DNA of 41,135 bases, from the NCBI RefSeq assembly GCF_001194135.2, contig NC_068989.1, positions 13,354,354 through 13,395,488 of the forward strand, in the 5' to 3' direction. A model generated the notes under the pieces. That model was not told the origin of the DNA, ran no database searches, and saw only the letters and a program-made list of their open reading frames with translations. This DNA is from Octopus bimaculoides (taxonomy: Eukaryota). How positions within the stretch are numbered: the stretch's first letter is position 1; each line of letters begins with the position of its first letter. Made by a program: the position numbers and the translations under genes. Positions 24,337 to 37,217 of the stretch are shown one piece after another.

Positions 24337-24380
<44 letters not shown>

Positions 24381-24550
24381 CTAAACTCCACCTGTCTGTA
24401 TATCATATGATATACGAATGTATTTGTGTATGCGTGTGTCCATGCTTGTACCTGTGTGTATCTGCGTGCATATATTTACGAATTTAGATCCGTGTGTCTG
24501 TGTAGAGACGAATACAAACATACGTGTGTGTATTGGTCTACACACAGAAA

Positions 24551-24596
<46 letters not shown>

Positions 24597-24616
24597 TATG
24601 AATTCATGTGTATATT

Positions 24617-24866
24617 CTTTCATTTGTTTCAGTCATTTGACTGCAGCCATGCTGGAGCACCGCCTTTAGTCGGGCAAATCGGGCCCAGGATGTATTCTCT
24701 GTTAGCCTAGTACTTGTTCTATCGGCGTCTCTTGCCGAAGCGCTAGGTGACGGGGACGTAAACACACCAGCATCAGTTGTCACGCGATGCTGAAGGGACA
24801 AATACAGACACACAAACATGTACATATACATACATACATATATACATACAAATATATATATACATA

Positions 24867-24939
<73 letters not shown>

Positions 24940-25103
24940 GATGTGCTTCTTTCAGTTTCTGTCTACCAGATCCCCTCACAACGCTTTGGTCGGCCCGAGG
25001 CTATAGTAGAAGACAATTGCCCAAGGTGCCACGCAGTGGGACTGAACTCGGAACCATCTGGTTGGTAAGGAAGCTACTTACCAACAGCCACTCCTGCGCC
25101 TTT
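24617..25103 (-). mobile_element. Full-length SINE family B with expanded internal (TA)n and 11-bp TSD
   Basis: Reverse complement of the 15657 copy; TSD atgtgtatatt at 24606-24616 and 25104-25114. Confidence 0.92.
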
Positions 25104-25870
25104 ATGTGTATATTTTAACATATGGCTATCAGTATACAAAAATACACATTCACAATTAAACACATTTCCTATTTGAGACAGTGACTAGGTGTGAAAAGAT
25201 GGCCCATAGTTTTTTTAGCTTTTTTTATATTATTATGTGTGAATGTATGAAATTTACTACTTCATATGTACTTTTGTCTTCGTCTTACTTACTTTCTATA
25301 CACATGCGCAAACAACGACACACATGCTGTCTCTAATTGTATGTAAACGAATAAACTTGTGCATCTTACTAAATGTGTGCGCTTGTATATGTATGAATGT
25401 ATAAAGCAATACTAGTTAATTTATCGTTGAAGCAAAATGGAAATATATTACTAAATTCCACCTGTTTGTATATCACATGATACACGAATATATACTGGTG
25501 TGTGTGTTCATGTGTATGTCTCTGTGTGTGTCCGTACTTGTACCCGTGTGTGTGTGCGTGCATATATTTACGAATTTAAATCCGTGGAGAACGGAGCTAG
25601 CTGCAGCCATTTCATTTTTCCAGACAAACTGATCTTAAGAGATTAGGTGCTGCAAAAGCTTAGAATGACGTCAGTAGTTCGTCAGAAATAGGTGTTTGGG
25701 CTAAATTTGTCCTTCCCCTCCACGGGAATCTTCCCCGAGTTCTGTCAGCTAAGTCGGAACTTTCTTGATACAGTCACTCAGCCCACCACACACATACTCA
25801 CACGCACACATTTATATATATAAACACATTTTATCTACATTTCATATGTACATATACACACTCATATATG

Positions 25871-25925
<55 letters not shown>

Positions 25926-25931
25926 GTATAT

Positions 25932-26298
25932 TCTTTTATTATTTCATTTTTTATTTGTTTCAGTCGAACAAATCGACACTACGAGTTATTCTTTGTAAGC
26001 CTAGTACTTATTCTATCGGTTCTTTTGTTGAACCGCTAATTTCCGGGGACATGAAAACACTAACATGGTGTGAGGGACAAACCCCCCACACACAAACATA
26101 CACACTCACATGCATAAACACACACATATATATATATACGACGGGCTTCTTTCAGTTTCCGTCTATCAAATCCACTCACGCGGCTTTGGTCGGCCCGAGG
26201 CTATAGCAGAAGACACTTACCCAAGGTGCCACGCAGTGGGACTGAACCCGGACCACATGGTTGGTAAGCAAGCTACTTACCACACAATCACTCCTACG
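25932..26298 (-). mobile_element. SINE family B copy with an internal deletion
   Basis: Colinear with the 24617 copy but lacks the catttgactgcagccatgctggagcaccgcctttagtc segment; the junction shows agtc microhomology. Confidence 0.88.
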
Positions 26299-27104
26299 GT
26301 TATATATTTCTGGTTGGCCAAGTGACGGCAGAGATGCACCCCGTGAGCTGTGTTATTTGTGGTCGTTTGAAATAAATGTCTCTTTATCAATCTTGGCAAC
26401 ACATTTACCTACAGTGCATATCCATAAAGATACGTCATTTAGTAAGAAAGTAATTATTCGATTTGGCTAAACCATTCTTTTTTACTTTGCTGCTTTGTGC
26501 GTCATGTGTTTTTTTGGTTTGCGTCAGTTTGTTTCAATCATTTTCTTTTAATGCTTTATACGTACTACAATTAAATGTTTCTTTGTAGAGATTTTATTGG
26601 ATACTTGTAAGCTGGTTTTGTTGAGTAGTTAGTGTCAGTTGTAACTTGTAACAGCATAATATTGATAAAGATACGTTGCTCCATCAACCACCAATATCAC
26701 AATGTGTCGAACAAATGTTGCATGTGTGTGAATACATGGTTTGTTAGAAATAGTACTCAAATATCTTTTAAATCACACCTTGTTGTCTCGGAAACGGAAG
26801 GACACTACAAAGCGGTCCAGAACCTCAACTACCCTTCTCCTCAAAGCGACTGACTGGCCAAGGCTGTAGTAATTTTCTTAGAGACCTGCTCGATTAGGTT
26901 TGATTTGAGAAGGTGTTTACCGGAAACAGCATAAAAGTTATTTATATTATTATATTGGTAGCATTCTTTGCCATACGAGATGAACTGATGCGAACTAAAT
27001 CAAACCGGAAATTCCTCAAACCTATATGTATGTATGCGTATGTATGCATGCATGTACGTGTGTAAGAGTATTGACCGTTGACTGAACACTATTCAATTTT
27101 TTTT

Positions 27105-27250
27105 CTCCGTGTTTTTCTCCTTGTCTCCGTATTCTTTCTGTTGAAGAGCGTAGCTCGAAACGTTAAAGACTTTCCGTATTCCCGAGCGTCATACTAATAC
27201 ATCCTTTTGTTATTTACACCACCTGTCCTCGTCTGTTGTTATTATTTGTA
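27105..27250 (+). ncRNA. Probable Penelope-like pLTR fragment containing a degenerate minimal type I hammerhead ribozyme motif (27133-27169)
   Basis: tcttt-CTGTTGA-A-GAGC(gta)GCTC-GAAA-CGT-T-aaaga: stem I and a 4-bp stem II pair, and the core deviates at A6. A homologous flank (gagcgtca..ctaataca) occurs at 39769-39846. Confidence 0.55.
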
Positions 27251-27306
27251 TATTNNNNNNNNNNNNNNNNNNNNNNNNNNNNNNNNNNNNNNNNNNNNNN
27301 NNNNNN

Positions 27307-27344
<38 letters not shown>

Positions 27345-29930
27345 TGCAAGCATGTATATATGGATGGATGTGTGTATGCATTTCCTCAAATTGCAAACCT
27401 CCTCACCGTCGGCTCCGTTACTAAAAAGTACAAGTATACGGAAAAGTCAGTTTTCGGTTATGAAACAATTATTACGTTTTCACCAGAATCAAGAATAAGA
27501 CCTTCAAAGCAGGCTTTATTGTACGAAACTTACTCATGTACATTGTACATGCATTGGGTGAAAACATTTCATTATTTCACAGAGATCCACGAATAATCCA
27601 GCCTGAAAAGCTCACGTAGAGACACAGGTCCTGTCAGGAAGATTTTAAAGCGATCAGGATTGCCAAACATGGAAGATCTCTTAATTAGTAAAACCTCATT
27701 TGCTGAAACGTCAAGTTACTCGGATATTTTATGAAAGATAACCTAATTAAGTCGACCTGAAATCACAACTGCCTGACAACAATGGAGAATGTGTTGAATC
27801 TGTCCAAATTATAAGAATACCATCACGTGAAAAGAGAATGTGGCTTTAAATTCATAGACGTCCATGGTACAGAGGTGACATTCTTGTAAGCTGATGGTTA
27901 AATTATTATGAGGGCAATCGTGATTTTTACTGACCGAAATCATTTGCCTGTATATATTCAGAAGGGAAGACTTTTGACACACAGGGATACAAACTACGAA
28001 AGTGTTTTTCATAATATTCAGTTCTCATGTTATATGTAATTGCTGAACAATCTGTAAAGTAATACAGAAAAGAGTAAAAGTCTACAAGGAATATTGTTAG
28101 GAACAATCAGAAATATAATTATCCGGGGATCTTCTATCCAGAATTGGAAATTATATTTAATATTATATGAAGCAAACAAACTTAGATAGTTTTCAAGTAC
28201 AAATTTATTTGTTGCAAATATTAATTATTCTTTCATGTGCAGAAGAATTATCTAAAGTAGAAATCAAGAGCCTCTTGAGATCTACGTTGCTATAAATGTT
28301 CTGGTAAAAGAAAAAAAGAAATCAAGTGAAGGAAATATTCTTTAAAAACTTTATAACTCAAGAACACCAAACAAACATTTTATGGTTCCAAAGATCATAC
28401 TCGTAACTTCACGATTAATCAATGCATAATTCTAGTTAGAAAACGAAAAGAATCAAAAAATAAACATTTCCAATTACATATCTTAGTGATATCAAATGCG
28501 TACTAAAATCTCACATGATAATTTTCTACAACAACTGACTTTATTTGAAGAATTCTTCTGAAAATAAAACAGCGATCTCATTGTTGCAAAAATAGATTCG
28601 ATTGCGATACACATATTCCTAATGAAGCAGACTCTTTAAGGGTCAATTATATATATATAATTTAAGACAAAAGGGTGATATATATATATATATATACATG
28701 GTGAAACCTGGACTACATACTTGAGACCTAGACGACATACATGCAACGCGTTGACTGAAAGAACCACTTTCTATTATGTCCGAGTGGCGGCTTTATATAA
28801 GGGGATGAATTACTTTTCATTCTCATAGTGATATCTGTAATTCTACCATTAGCTCTATCACTGCGCCTGGCAGTTTATCCAGCACTCCATGAATAACACT
28901 TCATAGCGTTTCAAGTATATTTTATTTTACTGTAAATAAACGTGTATGTGATAATTTCACCAGCTGATAATTGTAAATAATTCCTCACCCAACCACATGC
29001 TCTTGTCTTAAATAAAACAGCAATCGATTAACGTAAACCACGATATACAACACACTAATTCGATGAGATCAGTCAGTTCTCGACGTTGATACGCCTTGAG
29101 AGATTCTGAGCGAAGACAAAAGTGTTTACTGGTTGTTTTTGTTGATTTTATTTCTTTTTTTTTCTAAAATTTCGTAAATTTCAGTTACAATATCGGTGTC
29201 GATAAATTACAATATCAGATATGGTTCTCAATTTGAAGCTATAAACATTACTTAAGTTATGAATCTTCTAGGTGGAATGGAACATGTTGTAATATTAACT
29301 CTTGATGGATTTCAGAAAGAGTTTCTATGTTTGTAGAACTGACTCTTAAATGTACCAACAGGGGATTCTATATGGCATTCGGTAGTCTTAGTGGTGGTTG
29401 TATTACATTCGTAAACAACATCACAAGGATGATTATAAGAATATAACGATATTTCTTGACACTTCAGTAATTACGATTTGAATTATTGAAGTATATTGGA
29501 TGAAGTTGACTTTTACAAGTTTAAAATCAGGTCATTTGGAGGATGATTGGGATAACGGTATACGCATATATACATACTTAGGTATACACACATACACACA
29601 AATTGTGTGTGTGTCTGCATGTATTGTGTGTCTGCATGTATTGTGTGTCTGCATTGAGTACATTTATGAATGTACTCAATGCATTGGCATGACAGCAATA
29701 CATTTATTTCCACTATATTTCATGTATTTACTCGATTTTGTCTTCTATTATGAATATTCGAGAAAATGCGCTTTAGTTTTCAATTGTCTTCCTTCATTTC
29801 ACAATTTAAAACTCTGTTTCGTTTTATATTCTTTATGCAGGCGAGATTACTTTTCTATGCATACATTGATGTATGTGTACTCTTCATATGTGTATGTGCC
29901 CGTGAGTGGATATAAATATATACATACACG

Positions 29931-29984
<54 letters not shown>

Positions 29985-31015
29985 TATCTATCTATCTATC
30001 TGTCTATCTGTCTGTTTGTCTGTTTGTCTATCTGTCTATGTATATATCTACCTATTCGTCTATACGTACATACACACACACACACACACACACACACNNN
30101 NNNNNNNNNNNNNNNNNNNNNNNNNNNNNNNNNNNNNNNNNNNNNNNNNNNNNNNNNNNNNNNNNNNNNNNNNNNNNNNNNNNNNNNNNNNNNNNNNNNN
30201 NNNNNNNNNNNNNNNNNNNNNNNNNNNNNNNNNNNNNNNNNNNNNNNNNNNNNNNNNNNNNNNNNNNNNNNNNNNNNNNNNNNNNNNNNNNNNNNNNNNN
30301 NNNNNNNNNNNNNNNNNNNNNNNNNNNNNNNNNNNNNNNNNNNNNNNNNNNNNNNNNNNNNNNNNNNNNNNNNNNNNNNNNNNNNNNNNNNNNNNNNNNN
30401 NNNNNNNNNNNNNNNNNNNNNNNNNNNNNNNNNNNNNNNNNNNNNNNNNNNNNNNNNNNNNNNNNNNNNNNNNNNNNNNNNNNNNNNNNNNNNNNNNNNN
30501 NNNNNNNNNNNNNNNNNNNNNNNNNNNNNNNNNNNNNNNNNNNNNNNNNNNNNNNNNNNNNNNNNNNNNNNNNNNNNNNNNNNNNNNNNNNNNNNNNNNN
30601 NNNNNNNNNNNNNNNNNNNNNNNNNNNNNNNNNNNNNNNNNNNNNNNNNNNNNNNNNNNNNNNNNNNNNNNNNNNNNNNNNNNNNNNNNNNNNNNNNNNN
30701 NNNNNNNNNNNNNNNNNNNNNNNNNNNNNNNNNNNNNNNNNNNNNNNNNNNNNNNNNNNNNNNNNNNNNNNNNNNNNNNNNNNNNNNNNNNNNNNNNNNN
30801 NNNNNNNNNNNNNNNNNNNNNNNNNNNNNNNNNNNNNNNNNNNNNNNNNNNNNNNNNNNNNNNNNNNNNNNNNNNNNNNNNNNNNNNNNNNNNNNNNNNN
30901 NNNNNNNNNNNNNNNNNNNNNNNNNNNNNNNNNNNNNNNNNNNNNNNNNNNNNNNNNNNNNNNNNNNNNNNNNNNNNNNNNNNNNNNNNNNNNNNNNNNN
31001 NNNNNNNNNNNNNNN

Positions 31016-31067
<52 letters not shown>

Positions 31068-31405
31068 GGTGGGTGGGTGTATGTATGTATATTATATATG
31101 TATACAAAGAATATGCATGTATGCATGTAAAGGTTTGTATATGTGTGTGAGAGATACCGAGAGAGCTTTCTATATCTTACGGCCATTTTAATCGATATCC
31201 TATCCGATCGATATCCTATCACCATTTTCACCAGCACCAAGAGTAGTGATGTCAAGACTATTAATTTGTACTCTTCCTTTCGTGAAAGCAGAGATTTTAT
31301 TGCACATTAAACGTTTTCCCGAAGACCAGAGAACGCAGAAGTTAATAGATATCAGGGAACTATTTCAAGAAACCCTTAGAGTGTAAATGAATAGATACAT
31401 ACATG

Positions 31406-31443
<38 letters not shown>

Positions 31444-32034
31444 NNNNNNNNNNNNNNNNNNNNNNNNNNNNNNNNNNNNNNNNNNNNNNNNNNNNNNNNN
31501 NNNNNNNNNNNNNNNNNNNNNNNNNNNNNNNNNNNNNNNNNNNNNNNNNNNNNNNNNNNNNNNNNNNNNNNNNNNNNNNNNNNNNNNNNNNNNNNNNNNN
31601 NNNNNNNNNNNNNNNNNNNNNNNNNNNNNNNNNNNNNNNNNNNNNNNNNNNNNNNNNNNNNNNNNNNNNNNNNNNNNNNNNNNNNNNNNNNNNNNNNNNN
31701 NNNNNNNNNNNNNNNNNNNNNNNNNNNNNNNNNNNNNNNNNNNNNNNNNNNNNNNNNNNNNNNNNNNNNNNNNNNNNNNNNNNNNNNNNNNNNNNNNNNN
31801 NNNNNNNNNNNNNNNNNNNNNNNNNNNNNNNNNNNNNNNNNNNNNNNNNNNNNNNNNNNNNNNNNNNNNNNNNNNNNNNNNNNNNNNNNNNNNNNNNNNN
31901 NNNNNNNNNNNNNNNNNNNNNNNNNNNNNNNNNNNNNNNNNNNNNNNNNNNNNNNNNNNNNNNNNNNNNNNNNNNNNNNNNNNNNNATATATATATATAT
32001 ACATACACACATATTCATCTATTTATCAGTAAAT

Positions 32035-32270
32035 TTTTGGCCCACACAAAAGTATCACGAGCAAAATGCAACCGAAATCATTGAAAGAAGTATTAACCAA
32101 CGCAAAACTTTATCCATTAACAACGGAACCAAAAGGGAAAAAAATGTGGTCGGCCCAACTGTACGAGTGCATCATTATACGAGTTATTTGCTGTATGAGC
32201 GAAGACTCGTGTGAATTTTTGTCTTCAAATACAAGCGGAAATCGCAGTACGAGCACACAAATTATCCCAT
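32035..32270 (+). mobile_element. Penelope-like element ORF remnant (linker and Cys-rich region before GIY-YIG)
   Basis: QPKSLKEVLTNAKL, then after a frameshift KKCGRPNCTS; parallels REPKNLKQLLTKAKF...CNYDRCSSC in the remnant at 40204. Confidence 0.65.
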
Positions 32271-32404
32271 CTTTAAGGTAATTTATTCAATAAAACCGCT
32301 TTAGATATTTCTTTACATTCACTTTTTATAATTGTCATTTTAATTGTAACTACACCTTTTCTGTTTTAAAACCCATAAAAAATTATTTTTGAGTGATTTT
32401 AGAG

Positions 32405-32530
32405 GGGCTTGACCGGATTAATTATATTTTAGCTAATTTCAATGGGGAAAATTTATTTCTTAAGTGAGTAAATCGTAAGATGAGTTCGGTCATGGAACGA
32501 ATTAAACTCGTACAGCAAGGTATCACTATA
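32405..32530 (-). mobile_element. Tigger/pogo-like DNA transposon or MITE terminus
   Basis: Reverse complement TA-TAGTGATACCTTG...ACGAGTTTAATTCGTTCCATGACCGAACTC...TTTTCCCCATTGAAAT resembles Tigger-type ends (TA-CAGTG...CCTCG), from recall; no partner TIR found. Confidence 0.5.
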
Positions 32531-33287
32531 TCTACATACATTTATGCATAAAAGTAAATGTATATGTGTATATATCAGTGTTTGCATGTATGTGGGGTGA
32601 GTGTGTGTGTCTGTGTACATACATAAATATACACATATGTTTTTTTTTTTATTTGTGACCTAGAATTTTCACTAGGTTGGTAGATTTAGTCAAGTAGCAG
32701 GATATTTCTAATCATGACCAAATTAACTAATAGAAATATTGAAATCAACACAATCATGGAGTCCACTGTTTAGTGAATGTATATAAAAGATTTTAACTAA
32801 GGATACATACTCAGACACACACAACATAAACACACACATTCTTACATTTATATTCGTATCTATTTACAGGTGCGTCTGTATGTTGTTTTCTTTTATCACT
32901 ATGAGATAGAATGAAATGATAAAGAGACGGTTAAAAGAAATATCTTCAAACGCTTATATATATGTATATATATAAATTCATATGCATTGATAGAGACAGT
33001 TATGATATAAAGCAGAAGATGCCGAAGGTATCAAAGTGTTACCAAAGCAACATAAAGAAATAAATCAATATTAAATAAATAAATAATAAATAAATCCATA
33101 AGTATTGCGATGAAAATTATTGACTTGTAGGCAAGGAAAGTTTTCTATATCGTATCTTATATGAAGAAGGAAAGTTGAAGTGAAGCGGAAGTATGATATA
33201 ACAGATATAATTACTTGGTAATGCTTATGTAGAGTAGGTGCATATAGACTTATGAATAACGTATGTATGACGTTATGTACACAGACA

Positions 33288-33318
<31 letters not shown>

Positions 33319-35322
33319 GGACAAACCCACACATACACACATATATATATTTATATGCATACATAGATGCACGTATACATTAATACAATAGAAGCACTGA
33401 CTCTATCATTTTGTAGGGCCTTAAGAAATATACATTTTTTGGACATCTTTTACCTTGTAGACCAGCATATAGATTTATATTATATTACATACACACACAC
33501 ACATACAAACATAGGCAGCAAGTTTGAAGAACCTGGGCTTCGGATATATTAGAGAGGAACCTTATTTATTCAGGTGTCGCAGTTCAACTGCAAATTCAAA
33601 TATTGAATACTTGGTAAATCAAACGAAAATATAAATGAAGAATTTACAACGTAAAACCGTGTATAAAGAAATGGACACCGTTTGTCTATTGTTGAACAGA
33701 CGAAGAAACGAAAATTCTCTTAGTTCATCTTATTACAAGAAACAAAGAATATAGCTCTTTTTTTTATTGCAAACAATACTCGTTCTCACGTCTTCAGCCT
33801 AGCGCCAATGGGATGCATTTCTTTCATATAAAAATGCTATTAAAATATGTCTGAATTGAGAACAAGAAGACGAGCAAATCAAAACTAAAGAAAATGGTGT
33901 ATTTACTTGGCGGCTGATGTATGTGGATATTCATAATTTATTTTCTTTATTTCATGTTTGCCTATAAATTTATTCCGAATTTTCTTTATACAAGCACACG
34001 AACACTGACTCACACAGATTCATGCAGAGTTTCGCTTATAAGCTCTCATACAAACGTACACCGACACGTACATACCTATACATGAATCCCATTTGTAGTA
34101 TACATAGAATAACTGTATACAAAGTAAAGAATACAGTTTCAACAAGATGGAATAATATTTCGAAGCATAACTGGTGCTCTCTTCAGGAAGTCTAATATAC
34201 TATCTGCCAAAATATTGCGAAGGTTCCGGAAGCTTGAATAACATTTTCTTACTTCTACCGCGAGTGTAATTATTGATTATTTCCAATATTCATTCAATTT
34301 TTTTTTCACATCCACCGTTTAATACAGACGAATCAATACAAACATAAATATACTTCCTGCTTTGCCAGCAAGCGATCTACTGAGTGTAATAAACAATTCT
34401 TTCGACTTGATGTGTTGTGCTTCTCATTCATATTTATATCTTATTTTATTTATTCGTTTTTAATAAATGAAACAAATACATAATAATATAATGGAATAAT
34501 ATATTACCGTCTGCAGAACACACGTATATGTATGTATGTATGTATGTATGTACGTTTGTTTGTATGTATGTGTGTTTGTATGTATGTGTGTGTGTGTATG
34601 TATATATGTATATATGGAAAGTAAAATATAGACATATACATATATATAATACATATTTGTATAGATGTACCGCTGTATGCAAATTGCTTTCGTATATAAT
34701 TGTACTATTTCAATGCCTCGGATGTGTGGCTTTCATTCCTTTCCAACTCATACATAATTAACACAAGGTAAGTATTTTAAATAGTAATCGAAACGAAGTC
34801 ACAAAACCTACCAGAAAATGCTAAGTACTAATTTTTCTTCGGATGCGTTTAACATAGGATCGGGAAAATGCAGACTATGATTTTTCATATCGTCATGATA
34901 GACAAATAGACAAATAGGCAAATAGACAACGAATAGACAATTGTGTTCTGCAAAGAGAATATGAATGAAATCGTTAAAGTGTGCATGCAGTGCTACGTTG
35001 TAATGATAACTCAGACTGCGCAACATAGGGTCTTGGAGGAATATCAGAGCATCTTGTTGTGGATGAGGAAATAGAAATATTTTTGACAGCAAAAACACTT
35101 GTCTTCAATCAAGTTTCACTTAAAGGAATGTTAATTAAGAAATTAATCTTTTCCCTCGTCTTCTTGTCCGAGTTGCTGTAGAGGGTGTCGCTAATTTTCA
35201 TTTCTTTTTTTTTCTTTTTTCTGCTGCATCTTTTAGTCACTGGATTACCACCATAATGAACGCCGACTTTGGGTGGCTTTACTCGTCCATATCAGCAGTA
35301 GAACATTAGTATTTAGTTCAAT

Positions 35323-35487
35323 CGGACAAAATGTTTAGCGTCATTTCGTCTGTCTTTACATTCTTAGTCCAAATTCCGCAGAGGTTGACTTTGCCTTTCA
35401 TCCTCTCGAGATCGATAAAATAAGTACCAGCTGAGCACTGGGATAGATGTAATCGACTATACCCCACCCCGAAATTTCAGGCCTATG
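35323..35487 (+). mobile_element. SINE family A, 5'-truncated and diverged
   Basis: atttcgtctgtctttacattc...caaattccgcagaggttgactttgcctttcatcc...taagtaccag...aatcgact matches family A. Confidence 0.85.
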
Positions 35488-35726
35488 ATATTAATCTTGC
35501 ATTAATATTATTTTAAAGGCTTACGCCGAGGTGTAAGATCAAATCATTTGATATTCCTCAAGGATATTATCAGCGATAAAGTTGAAGATGCATATTGATC
35601 GATAGACTGGAGGTGAGTCACAAATATTTTGGCGTGGACTCCACTTAAGAGGGCGCGTGATATCATATAACAGTTCTTCAGAACAAGAATTCTCTTTACC
35701 CAAGGAGAGCATTAATTTTCTTCAGA

Positions 35727-35870
35727 TGGGCTTCCACACAGTTTTCTTCTCCCAAATTTTATAAAATTGTGTAGTTAAATACAAGTTCGTAAGGTGCCAC
35801 GTATTAAAGTTATAACTGAAATCACTCAACTGCGAAGCTTAGTTCTTAACCACCCAGTCATGCATGCCTA
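35727..35870 (-). mobile_element. Highly diverged SINE family B-like fragment
   Basis: gggcttccacacagttt...aaggtgccacg...ttaaccacccagtcatgcatgcc echoes the family B minus-strand landmarks (gggcttc, aaggtgccacg, accac.cagcca). Confidence 0.5.
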
Positions 35871-37019
35871 CTCGTACACATTTTCCACAGAGTGACAGAG
35901 ATAGATTAAATTGATTTCAGTTTTCTAAAAGTGTTTCATTGTACGGCAAATTACTGCTGCAAATCATAGCAGTCCTCGGTCTCTATTTATTTATGCCGCA
36001 AGCTGAGAATGAACGTGTACTCCATAACTTCCGTATTACTTAATCGATTAGCTAATGAAATGTTCTCATTCTTATGCTTGTTACTATCGTTAAAACAATC
36101 TCGCTTATTCTTTTCTAAGAACGTAAATACCTGCGCTAAGTTGTGTTTGAAGCCGCTAAGCAATGTACTCTTTGCCCTGCTAAATGCCTCGTTAGCGCCA
36201 AGTGCATCGAAATCTAATCAGTGAGGTGTTAATTAATTGGAAATATTAACTTTCCACTCTTAGAATAAAGTGCCATTCAATTTATTAAAAAAAAAAAAAA
36301 TCCGAAAACTGAATGAAACTTAAAGGAATCTTCCATACTGACTGACGTTGAATAAGGAATTTTTGAAAGGCGCTTCACTTGAAGCTATTGATAATTATGT
36401 AATGCTAAAAGATAACGGTTCACTAAACATAGCATTAATAGAATCCTTTTAAATGCATTTCTAATTGTCTAGATTCGCATCCTGATAGCCTGTAGTGTCT
36501 AGAGTTTATTATGGGTTTTGGGCTTAACTGTTCTTCTAATCAATAACCCCCATCCAGTCCTTGAGTGCTTTCAGATATTTTCACTCAGTTACAATTATTC
36601 CGACAAAACTTTCCTACATGACCAGTACAGATCAGAAGATATATAAGCCGGGCACTAGTAGCATTCCTATCACTACGTTGGTTGGAACTGGACAAGTGAT
36701 GAGCATTACATCTCTTCTGCTGACTATTTTGTTTGTTTTGATTTTGGTTTATTTATTTATCTATTGCTAATTCCCAACTGAGAAATCACCGAAGATTTAG
36801 TTTGTTATCAAAATGAAATCATTTCTCCGATACTTCAAAATCCGTGATAATTACTGTTAATAAATTACCATGAAGCGAAATATCACATTGCTCCATCGAC
36901 ACGATGGATCTTGAATGGTTCGCACGGAGAAATAATGACAAAAATAGTTACTGACAAATGACTGATATATCTAGAATGAAACATTCTTACCATGTACAAT
37001 ACTGACTTAAAAAGGAGGC

Positions 37020-37217
37020 ATAGGGCCTACCATTCAAACGAAGTGGATAGGTCAATTACATGAACCCCAGTCTTGAACTTGTATTTATTTTATCGACTCG
37101 AAAACGCACAGTGGCAAAGTCAACCTGGAGGAATTTGATCTGAGATCGTTAAGACGGACGAAATACCGCTAAGCTTTCTGCCCGGTGTACTAACGATTCT
37201 GCTAGCTCGCCGCCTTT
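37020..37217 (-). mobile_element. SINE family A copy (minus strand)
   Basis: Reverse complement: aaaggcggcgagctagcagaatcgttagtacaccgggcagaaagcttagcggtatttcgtccg...caaattcctccaggttgactttgcc...gtcgataaaata. Confidence 0.85.

Larger units (their letters stand above)
3235..31986. other. 13 assembly gaps (N): 3235-3893, 6549-7083, 11403-11790, 14522-14890, 16699-16708, 18469-18478, 19877-19994, 23628-23637, 23920-23987, 24327-24336, 27255-27306, 30098-~31015, 31444-31986
   Basis: Read directly; almost all abut (TA)n, (CA)n/(TG)n or (AAC)n runs. Confidence 0.97.

Noticed and set aside
28945-28972. Reverse complement aattatcagctggtg resembling the miR-283/miR-216 seed region
   Set aside because: The match does not extend over a mature miRNA length and there is no precursor hairpin.
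3140-32214. ORFs of 150-563 aa containing X runs
   Set aside because: They are artefacts of translating N-gaps plus (TA)/(CA) repeats.
34150-34230. Minus-strand CTGAAGA-G...C-GAAA hammerhead-like core
   Set aside because: A stem II is possible, but no stem I pairing exists in either a type I or a type III topology; likely chance.
36561-36770. 69-aa ORF with a hydrophobic C-terminus
   Set aside because: It has a non-ATG start, the hydrophobic tail comes from T-rich DNA, and no homology is recognised.
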